Shown one piece after another: positions 1 through 10,422 of a DNA stretch of 64,000 nucleotides (position 1 is the first letter of the stretch; every line of letters starts with the position of its first letter). The position numbers and the translations under genes were made by a program. The stretch is from NCBI RefSeq assembly GCF_006345805.1, contig NC_043015.1, positions 53,382,001 to 53,446,000 of the forward strand. Direction: 5' to 3'. The notes under the pieces are model-generated. The model did not search any database. It had not been told where the DNA came from and saw only the letters and a program-made list of their open reading frames with translations. This DNA is from Octopus sinensis (Eukaryota).

Positions 1-30
1 ACGTACATATATGCATAATATATCTATCTA

Positions 31-114
<84 letters not shown>

Positions 115-395
115 TCGTTGCTATAATGTGAAGCTATTGTATGTCCAAATTTGGCCAAATGCGTCTTTTGCAATATTTATTTTTGCTTGAAATAGCTGGT
201 TCGTTTTGGTTAAACTATCGTATCTCCATCTGATTCAGATGCTAAGATATCAAAAATTCTCAACGTGTAGTACAAGGGTTTTGCTATGGAATGGTTAAAC
301 TATTTTTGCGTTTTCTGAACAAGCGACGTTTTCGAATTACGACGCTTTTGCATAATAGCAACGATATATAGATTCGTCCATACATACATCTCTCT

Positions 396-477
<82 letters not shown>

Positions 478-814
478 GATGTATATATATATTTAAATTT
501 ATGTCTATGTATATATCTATATATATATATATGCGTGCATGTATGCCTGTGTATATGTGTATATGTTATCGCTTTGTGGTATTCTTTTTACACAAAGAGA
601 GAAATAAAGACAGCGATGGCTGTGATGTGTGATTTTTAATAAGAAATAACAAACAGCAACTTTACATCTAGAAAAATGTAAATACAAGCATTGTGAATGA
701 AAGCATAGAATTAAATGGACCGAAAACCACATCAAGTATAACGTTGTGACTGGTGATGCAAGCTAACAGTTGTTTTATGCAGAAAACAAGATTTTTAGAC
801 ATTAGAATTGCATA

Positions 815-965
815 GCATAGGCCCAGGTATTGCTGTGTGGTTAACAACCTTGCTCTGCAACAACTTAGTTCCCGGTTCAATCCTGCCTTATGACAACTTA
901 GGTATATATCTGCCACCATTGCTCCCAGGTCGACCAACACCAACTATGTGATATTTGGTAACCAG
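815..965 (+). mobile_element. Decayed 5' part of tRNA-derived SINE family 1
   Basis: gctgtgtggttaac...ccggttcaatcc resembles the A/B-box head of the full copies at 24992 and 60397. Confidence 0.45.
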
Positions 966-989
966 AAATTACGTTGAACTGTACCGTAC

Positions 990-1076
<87 letters not shown>

Positions 1077-1206
1077 CTTGAACGAAATAAATGATGAGAA
1101 TGAAAATTTATTTGTATGTTAAAAAATGTTGAAAAATTTCTCTTAAAAACATTACAGCACAAATAAATTGATTATAAGTTGTGAAGCTCAAAAAGAATTA
1201 AGAAAA

Positions 1207-1310
1207 AAACCTACATATGTTTCTGTGCTATTTCCTAGTTAGTTATAAATTCTAATTATTTGGTTAAATTTTAAATTCTAACTATATGGGGTTGGACTTC
1301 TTCAGGGTTT
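1207..1310 (-). ncRNA. Type-I hammerhead ribozyme motif with long stem II
   Basis: Minus strand reads AAACC-CUGAAGA-[stem II incl. UAGUUAG/CUAACUA]-GAAAC-AUAU-GUA|GGUUU: intact core, 5-bp stem I, palindromic stem III ACAUAUGU. Confidence 0.7.
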
Positions 1311-2632
1311 GTATGAGCTTGTAAGGCTTAGGTTATCATTTCTGATAGAAGTAACTTTGCATTATATGATAGAGATTAGCCCGTGGAATTTCTCGTATTA
1401 CATAATCCCTAATGAGGATATAACTCCCTCGCATTGTCTATATATATGTGTATGTGTGTGTATGTGCGCGCGCGCGTGCTTGCTGCTTTGTGTTTGTTTG
1501 TTCCATCATTTGATAATGAGTGTTATTTTGTTTACATCCTTTATCTAACAAACTATGTAAAAGATAAAATTTGGAAAGGTATCCTAACATTTATTGAATA
1601 ATTACGTCAGAGAAAAGGCGCCTGTAAGCCCGAACCCTATTATACGGCCTGTGACGGTTTTCTTAAAGGAAAACAAATAGATAGAGTGGGAAAAAGAGTC
1701 AGGATTTCGGTACTGCACTAAATTAATCATTAAAATCGACTGATGAGCTGTTTTTTGCGGTATGTGTCTTGTGGAAGTATGGCGTTAAAAACTCAATGAA
1801 TATTTGTGGGAGACGGAAGTTTGTCCCTGGCTAGCGTAAGTGCTAGATGTATTTCGAACGATGAACAATGCCGAGTTAGAATAAATGCAAAGGAGTCGGT
1901 TGTTCTAGAGGGCCTGAAGGGTAAATCGGTGCTTTTATTGTGGATGGGAAAATAATTTTGAATTTCAACATTAAGTACACTCTATGTATTTCTGCGTTGC
2001 TTCATACGACCAACCAATTCCACGCCTAGTGCTGTCGGTGTAGAAACCGTGTGCAATTGCACTGAATATGTGAATCATTCATCCATGCTAGTAAATTTTT
2101 TCTTCCAATATTCAAGTTGACCTAGTTTCTGCAATACGATTGAAGATTTATATTAATTGTTAATCCTATAATAATAAACATATGCAAAAAGGAAAAAGAA
2201 AAAAATCTATCGATTACATTGAGGAAGTATGTTGGCCATTGTTCATTTTCTAAATATAAAGATGTTATTATAATTCTTCAGAAAAGTAACAATAGGAAGG
2301 TCTCGGAATTATTTTACCCGAAGAAAATTATCGTTGGAACTGTAATGAAACAACTTCGACTAGAAAATCGAGATTACATCACAAGATATAATTTTCGCTT
2401 GCTGTCGCTTGCCATTTATTGACATCGGCGCCATTAAAAGCAATATTCCAATACCTGAACCAAACGAAATTCAACGATTAAAGTGAATATTTAAAAAAAA
2501 TATAAAACAACATATATTTAATGCATGTAAGTACGTATGTGTGTATGTATGTAAATGCATGAATATGATGTATCAATTCGTGTGTATGTGTACGTGTATA
2601 TATATGATGTATCAATTCGTGTGTATGTGTGC

Positions 2633-2670
<38 letters not shown>

Positions 2671-2686
2671 GTATATATAATTAATA

Positions 2687-2815
<129 letters not shown>

Positions 2816-2886
2816 TATGTTTTTATATTTATAACCTTATATTTATTTCTATAAAATGTATATATATATACACATATATATATACA

Positions 2887-2927
<41 letters not shown>

Positions 2928-4444
2928 TTATACACACACACACATATATACATACCCGTATACTGAAACTCAAACAAAGGCTGAAGCACTCACACATGCA
3001 CGCACACACTGTATATATATGTCTTTGTAGATATTGCAAGTGCATGCTTATATAGATATATATGCGTGTGTGTTTAATATACATATCTATATTTATATGA
3101 TATATTTGCATATTTATACACCGACACACAAAACCACCCACATATATAGACAGAGAGATACATACATACACGTGTGCATCTTTGTATGTAGCTCAATGTA
3201 TGCACATTCTCTATAGCAATATTGGACAATATACGCTATTTGAATACTCCAAGAATTACAGCATTGTTTTGTACGAAAACAAAGAAGCCACTGTTAGGCA
3301 TTTCTAAAGAATGGCGTCTATTATGTAACCTTATCGTACATCATTCAGTATCCACTGCAAAAATAATTATGGTACCGATTGATGGTGATAATTCCGTCGC
3401 CACCTCAAAGATTTTCCGACATTCCTCTAATAAATATTTTGTTATCATTTAGATACTGTAATAAAACAAAATTTATAGTAAAGCAATATGTATTATATTT
3501 ATATAATTTTACATATTTCGAACGTACACTGTCGTTATAGTAATTTCATCTATAATTGTTGTTGTTGTTGTTATTGTTGTTGTTGCTTCTGTTCTTCGTG
3601 TGGCACTTGCTCTCATTTTGTTGTTGATTTGGTAATTAGTGTTGTTGTTTTATGTCTTGTTTTGTCTGCTTTCGCTTCTTATTCTGATGCTGTGAGTGTA
3701 GTGGTGATCGCCATTGTCGTTGTTCCTGTAGCTGTCGCTGTTGTAGTTGTTGTCGTCGATGTTGTTGTTGTTGTTGTTGTTGCTGCTGTTGTTGTGGCAG
3801 ATGGTTTGTTGGGCGGCGGAAATATTTCGTTATAATTTTTATAATTTTGTTTCAGCCTTGTTTGGCTTGAGTTTTTCGAACTGTTGAGGTTTGGGCGATA
3901 AAGCCGCTGGCATCGCTTGTTTGTCCTATCGTCCTTCTTCACATACCTTCCAATTTTAGCCAGTCGGACACCATTTTATCTTCCTTGCCGTTTCTATATT
4001 TATGGTTTTCGAGAATATGTGTGCGTGCGTACGTTTGTGTGTGTGTGTGTGTGGTGGGGGGTGCACTTGCAAATAATTTGCTTTGCTGTGATCTCACAGG
4101 TTTTTGTTGGCGTGAGTTTTTTGAGATCGCTTCTGCTGCTTACATTAGTTGTTGTTGTTGTTTTTGTTGGGTAGTTGTTACGACCGTGGTTAGGCAAATG
4201 TGATTGATGATAACTCGCTTCTCCTATTTACCATTCTGGGGCAGGAAAACTTGGGATGGCACATGTGTAGCATGTATAATTCTTCACATGTTCTAGATAT
4301 CCTAAAATATCTTCGCATTAGATCAGCACCGGGAACTCCCATCCCGTTTCCTTGATGTATAAAAAAAAAATGAGATCGCAACATTCGCTCCGGACTGGAC
4401 GCTGGTTGTTGCAGTGTTCTAAGCCAGCAAGTTTGAACGAACAA

Positions 4445-4545
4445 GCGCAAGTCGATTACATCCAGCCCAGAACTTCATTGGTACTTTATTTTATCGATCC
4501 CAAAAAGTTGAAAGAGAAAGGTGGTCCCGGTGGGACTGTGGTTGA
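4445..4545 (+). mobile_element. Fragment of interspersed repeat family 3 (agtcgattacatc...tggtactt...tatcga)
   Basis: Similar to copies at 19990 and 49545. Confidence 0.55.
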
Positions 4546-4579
4546 GCTTTTTGAAACTTCATATTGGTTTGTTGGCTTT

Positions 4580-4830
4580 CATCATCACCATCATGATCAT
4601 GATCAAGATCATCATCATCACCATCAAGACGATGATGATGATGATCATCATCATCATTACCATCACCGACGTCGTCATCATCACTATCATCATCAACACC
4701 GTCGTCGTCATGATTATCATCAACATTATCATCATCATCATTATCATCATCATCATCATCATCATCTTCATCATCATAGTCATCGTCACCGTCGTTATCA
4801 TCATCCTCATCATCATCATTATCATCATCA
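4580..4830. repeat. Compound (CAT)n/(GAT)n microsatellite
   Basis: Directly visible; source of the poly-His/poly-Ile/poly-Met ORFs. Confidence 0.9.
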
Positions 4831-5699
4831 AAATCTTCTTCGAGGCCCCTAAATTAAAACATATTTTTGGGGTGGGGAGAATCAGCTTTTTTTGTTACCT
4901 CTTCCAAGCGGATGGAACATCTGCTTTTATATGCTCATGCAGCCACCACATGATGACGAGGACATTTTGAACACATTAAATGGTCAGAAACTGCTCCTAT
5001 TCTGCTGAAAAACTGAAGACTTGGTAATAGTCTGCGTTACTACCAAGCTTCCTGACTTTCACTGTTGTGTTTTGCCTCTTCGTATTTAGCGTTTCAATAT
5101 AAATGACGACGAAAAGCAAATCTTATTTTCTACCATTCCAAAGAAATGAACATAGATAATGAAACGTTCCAATGGTTAATAATTCTTTCCATAAATGGTA
5201 TTCTTTATGACACAAACGTGGTAAGGAACCAGTTCTTTCAAGCGTATGTTTATTAAAGTCTCTTTATAACAAACGAAACCGCCAACAATAATAACCGCAA
5301 CAGTATCAGTGAAAAAAAGTACAACAGCAAAAACAAAAGCAAGATCAAAAACAATTGAAATAAACATAGGCACAAGACAAAAAGACAAACATGGGACAGT
5401 TGTTTAAGTAATCATCAAGCAAAGGCCTTGAAGGAGTCCCGTGATTTGAACACTGAGTCATGTCACTGAATACTGCATGGCGTGATGCCTGGCGTTTTAA
5501 CGGAATTCATTTGAAATATTTCGCGATGAAAACACTCTTTTATTTCATATATACATCCACAGATAAATACATCCACCAGCGCATATATGATGTTCATATT
5601 TCTGTATCCTTGTATGCATGTATATGTGCATGTATGTAAGTACGTATGCATGCATGCATGCATTTATGTATATATATATATTATATATATATATACGTA

Positions 5700-6959
5700 C
5701 GAGGAGGAGTCAAAATTTACCCACACTTTCGCCATAACATATCTTTTTTATTGTCACACTGCCTTCTGCGCATGCGTGCTTATAGTTGGTACTATTGTGG
5801 TCACGTGATCGAAGTTTGAGCCTGATCGCGCCATTTTTCTTTCTGGTTTTACAGTGGTCGCTCGACTAGCAATGTGTACCAGTGAATAACAAAAAGCAGT
5901 GAAATGATTTCTCTGGTCGGAAGGTGTGTCAGGTGTTGAAATTCATTGGAGACTTTTATCACAATACGTGGACAGTGCACTACCGCGTAGAAGTATGAGT
6001 GGATGGAGAAGTTTTAAACTGGCCGAGTAAGCCTGAAGTACGAAGAGGGAGTAGGACGCCCGTCAACCTCCACCACTGACGAGAATATTCACCAAGGTCG
6101 TGAGATGGTAGTGATGAACCGGTTAGTTATCATCGATAAAGTAGCTCGTTCTCTGCAGAATAGTCATGGTTCTACCTGACAAATCATCCAGGATAAGCTC
6201 GGCTTCCATAAAGCCTGTGCCAGATGGGTGCCAAGAAAACGTGCTGCAAACCATAAACGCAAACCTCTTGAGATCTCCCAACGTTTTCTCGATCGCTACA
6301 GTAATGAGGACGAGAAATTTTTGAGCAAAATAGTCACAGGAGATAAAACGTGGATCAATCATTATAAGGCAAAATCCAAAAGACAGAGTATGGAATGGAA
6401 AGATCCTGGATCGCCAACGACGAAGAAATTCAACACGGGAAAGATGATGTTAACCCACTTTTGGTGCTCAAAAGGGCTTATACTGGAAGACGACTTGGAA
6501 AAGGAGTGTAAGATATGGTGCTTTGCCAGCAATTCACATCAAACGCCGAAGCCAATTGTCAAAGAAAGTTTTTGTCGTTGTATGAAAACGCACGTCCACA
6601 CACGGCCACCCAGACCGTTGAAACCGTTAATCTATTGTGTTTTGAGGTGCTAGAACACCTTGCCTACATCCCAGATATTGCCCTTCCCGACTATCATATC
6701 TTTGGACCGCTCAATGATGATTTACGAGGTCGTCGATTTCCTACGGATGAAGATGTAAAGGAAGCGATAGATAAATGGTTACACGGCCACCCAAAAACCT
6801 TTTTCTTGGAGGGAATATGCAAGCTTATGGACCTTATGGCCCTTATGGACATCGAAAAGGAAGAAGACTATACAGAAAAATGACGTACTTGTTTATACCC
6901 TGCTTTTGTGTAAATACATTGGAAAAACCATAGTGCGTATAACTTTTGACTCCCCCTCG
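5700..6959 (+). mobile_element. Full-length decayed mariner (DD34D) DNA transposon
   Basis: TIRs cgaggaggagtcaaaa / revcomp cgagggggagtcaaaa; TA at 5698-5699 and 6960-6961; 1260 bp. Confidence 0.9.
5872..6883 (+). pseudogene. Mariner transposase pseudogene (stops and frameshifts)
   Basis: Motifs ARWVPRK, IVTGDKTW, LYENARPH, YIPDIALPDY; 34 residues between the 2nd (D>E) and 3rd catalytic positions. Confidence 0.9.
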
Positions 6960-6984
6960 TATGTATGTATATATATATATATAC

Positions 6985-7626
6985 ACACACAAATATTCTA
7001 TAATTATAAACATAATTATAATTAGAGGTCAGCTAATTGCTTCACCACATACTGAATTTAGAAATAGGAGTTGAAAATTCCCTTTCTACTACCGTAAGAA
7101 TCTCCCATACCGTAACACACTTTTTTACGTAGGCAAAAAGCAAAAAATAATGAATCCACACGACTCCGATAAGCTACATACTCGTTTCGAGATTAAAGTA
7201 TAGTTACTTACTTATTTCTCATCATCAGCGTTTCAAATATAAATTTGAAAGTGCTAGGGTTAAATATGTACGCGATCGAGTGTCATCGCGCAACAGATAT
7301 CCAACCAACATTTCCAAAATTTACACAACTGAACGTGAATACATATTTATCCTTTGCACCCACGTGTATGTTACGAGCAATCCCGCAGAAACTGCAGTTT
7401 TCGATCAGGGAGTAAATTATAATTTCTATATTAATAATACAAGGGGAAAATTAATTAATTAATAATTTTACGAAGTAGATCGGTACGTTAAAATAACCTT
7501 TTTAAGTAAAATTATACAAATATTCTATAATTATAAATATAATTATAATTAGGGGTCAGCTAATTGCTTCACCACATACCGAATTTAGAGATAGGAGTTA
7601 AAAATTCCTTTTCTACTACCGTAAGT
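6985..7626 (-). mobile_element. Partial tandem of PLE 3' tails (family F, pLTR-like)
   Basis: About 110-bp direct repeat (6990-7098 vs 7515-7626), homologous to 18340-18648 and 37256-37512; contains a hammerhead core. Confidence 0.6.
7171..7232 (-). ncRNA. Hammerhead motif, family F (stem I damaged)
   Basis: CUGAUGA-U-GAGA..AAGUA/UACUU..UCUC-GAAAC-GAGUAU-GUA; stem I arms AACG/GCUU pair poorly. Confidence 0.5.
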
Positions 7627-7627
7627 A

Positions 7628-7671
<44 letters not shown>

Positions 7672-7719
7672 CTGTTTATGTATATATATATATGTATATA
7701 TATGTGTGTATGTATATAA

Positions 7720-7755
<36 letters not shown>

Positions 7756-8690
7756 ATGCAATTATGTACGCATGTGTGATTACCTATACTTTTGAAGCAT
7801 AAGTGAACGAGAGATGTTTCCACCAGGAATAGAGTCCACAGCCTGCCTTTAATGCAAAACCAACCAAACAAACAACAACAAAGAAACCATATCATTTTTC
7901 ATACGAAATAGAAGTCGAGTAAGAAGAACAAAGAAATTGATTTCAATCCAGTGCACATACGCGTTTCCTAACTTAAAACTGTTCCTGTTTTTTTTTTTTT
8001 GTCTCTCAGATTCTTTAAGAGGAATCTATTTGAAATGAATTCGAAGAACAGAATGGAAATTCTTCAAATTATTCGTAAAGAAATATGTCTTGGAAAACAT
8101 TTCAGGCTTCATTTAAATTATTACGACCTATTACAAATTCTATGCGTTTGCGCATGTATATTTTAATTGATTTTGTCATTCATTTTTTTTTTCTAAAATT
8201 AGCATTTTCTTTCACATTGGAATTAAAATCAAAATTAAGAACCTCATTGCTAAAATATAAAATTAAAATTCTCACTTTTACGATATGAAATTTAATTTAG
8301 AGAAAAGAAGTTTTGTCTTCAATCTCTTGCTATTTGCTATTAAACGTGGTTACACGGATTGGGTTGCCACAGAATTTCCCATTATATGAAATTTGATTCG
8401 TTCCTAATGTAATATCCAGTAATGACGGACTGTATGAATTCTACAGCGTTGAAGAATATGACAGGTTTTAATTAGGTCAAATTTCCGTCACACTTCGCGA
8501 TGAGGCAAGGATGCTTTGACAACAAAAATTATATTATGCTGCTGAGAGCCTATCATTGTATATTACCATACGCTTACAGAAAAATAGACACTAGCACAAA
8601 CACACATATGCACATACACCTACTCGCACACTCACATATACAAGCACACATGCATACACACATACATATATATATACATACACACATACA

Positions 8691-8722
<32 letters not shown>

Positions 8723-8749
8723 CATACATACATACATACATACATGTCT

Positions 8750-8956
8750 ATTCTTTTAGCTTTTGTCTTTTAAATGTTTTAGTAATTTGACTGCGGCCAT
8801 GCTGGGGTACCTCCTTTAGGGGTTTTAGTTGAAGAAATCACTCATTTGAGCCTAGTTTTTATAATATCCGTCCCATTTGCCGAACTGCTAGATAACGGAG
8901 ACGTAAACAAACCAACACCAGTTATCCAGCGGCGATGGAGGGGGAAAAGCACAAAG
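8750..8956 (-). mobile_element. SINE family 1, 3' part
   Basis: tttgactgcggccatgctgg...gacgtaaacaaacc matches the family 1 tail. Confidence 0.7.
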
Positions 8957-9010
8957 AAAGACATATGCACATATGTATGTATATATATATATGCATTTAT
9001 ATATATATGT

Positions 9011-9055
<45 letters not shown>

Positions 9056-9081
9056 TATACATACTTATTCCATGTCCTCGC

Positions 9082-9164
9082 GTTGTTGTGTTTTCATGTT
9101 TGGATTAACTTTATATATATATATATACATATATATAAGTTAATCCAAACATGAAAACACAACA

Positions 9165-9166
<2 letters not shown>
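9082..9166. repeat. Perfect 30-bp inverted repeat around a (TA)n spacer
   Basis: gttgttgtgttttcatgtttggattaactt (9082-9111) vs aagttaatccaaacatgaaaacacaacaac (9137-9166). Confidence 0.95.
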
Positions 9167-9204
<38 letters not shown>

Positions 9205-9256
9205 GAATGGAAGAAATGGAGTTGAACGAAGATTGTACAGAATTCCTTTTATTACA

Positions 9257-9336
9257 TTCTACACATGTTTCAAAGGCCACAATTTTCCAAATTCTGATTA
9301 AATAAGGATACCATATTGCAGCTTTCTCTTCAGGAA
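9257..9336 (-). ncRNA. Hammerhead ribozyme in the PLE 3' UTR
   Basis: UUC-CUGAAGA-GAAAGCUGCAAU-[31-nt loop]-AUUGUGGCCUUU-GAAAC-AUGU-GUA|GAA; 11/12 pairs in stem II (with GU wobbles). Confidence 0.7.
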
Positions 9337-9975
9337 AAACCAGGAATAACGTTGTCAGAACAAAGCAAAACAGAGGCGCAGCAAAGCAATTCGAACGAGG
9401 ACGCTCCTTAAGAGCCCATGGGTAAACTGTTTATCAATGTGCGTTGAAATCGGGGGGTTGGTGGGGGCCGACAAAAGGTCCGTCGGAATAAATCCAGGTC
9501 AGGCCGCGGTCAAATCTAGTAGGTGAGGAATTAACGAGAACAAGGGGTGTGGAGATGTTCTGTGTGACCAAAACTAATGTTCAGAATATTTTAAGAATAC
9601 CGGGTGTATTTTTTAGGTGCGAGACAAAACCTACCTAAAAGCATGTATGTGTATACTAGCCTATGTGTGCGCCGCCGTATGTTGGCGAGGGGTGCTAGAT
9701 AATGAGCACTGCTGAAAAAAGCCTGTCGGGCGGCTGAAATAATTCTGTGTTCGTGTGTCCGTCTGTGGCGTGCTTGTCTAAAATTATCATCGTCAAAGAA
9801 TCAGGAAGGTATATAATTCCAGCGTTTGCTTCCAAAAAACCGACCAATCGCCTAAGGGGAGTAATTTCCCCTTGCAAGAGTTATTCAGAGATTTTTTAAA
9901 AAGTTTTTTCCAAAAATTATTTCCAAAAATTATTTTCATTTTAATAGGGTAACAATGTGTTAATTGTCTTAGGTA

Positions 9976-10422
9976 TCACTTATATGTAAGATAAGTATGA
10001 CGCCGCCAATGGGGACATCGAAAAGCCGTCTGTAAAAGCCCGTTTACCAAACGGCCTCTGGCGAACAATATGTGGAAAAGCTCAGAGTTACAAAGATTAC
10101 ACCTCCTTCTGCCCCTATCAAACGGGAGGGCCACCGACAAAATCGACCATTCCAACCTAAAAACTGAATTCGCGTTCTTCAAACGCCAGATAAGTTTGCT
10201 AAGTCCTGTAGCTTGGTATTTATTAACGTCGCGAAAAGTTGCGAAATGGTTCGATATTCTCAAGGCCAATTTTGACGATGAGGCCCCGACATACGAGTAG
10301 ACATCCGAATCCGTGTAAACATTGCATTGGTAAATGGCATTTCTGATCTTGGAGTTACTAGACAAGAACCTTATTCTATTGGGATTAGCTTCTGATATTA
10401 ATACTGCGTTTCTGTTACTATA
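9976..10422 (-). CDS. GIY-YIG endonuclease domain of the PLE
   Basis: AIYQC...YSYVG, R-x-x-NH, TGLSKLIW, CNLC, RCPH; same frame as the RT ORF, directly after its TAG (the track start at 10365 is a TTG). Confidence 0.8.
   Translation of the reverse strand, partial: YSNRNAVLISEANPNRIRFLSSNSKIRNAIYQCNVYTDSDVYSYVGASSSKLALRISNHFATFRDVNKYQATGLSKLIWRLKNANSVFRLEWSILSVALPFDRGRRRCNLCNSELFHILFARGRLVNGLLQTAFRCPHWRRHTYLTYK

Noticed and set aside
1738-1765. CTGATGA followed by a small GCTG/CGGT hairpin
   Set aside because: No GAAA or stem III follows.
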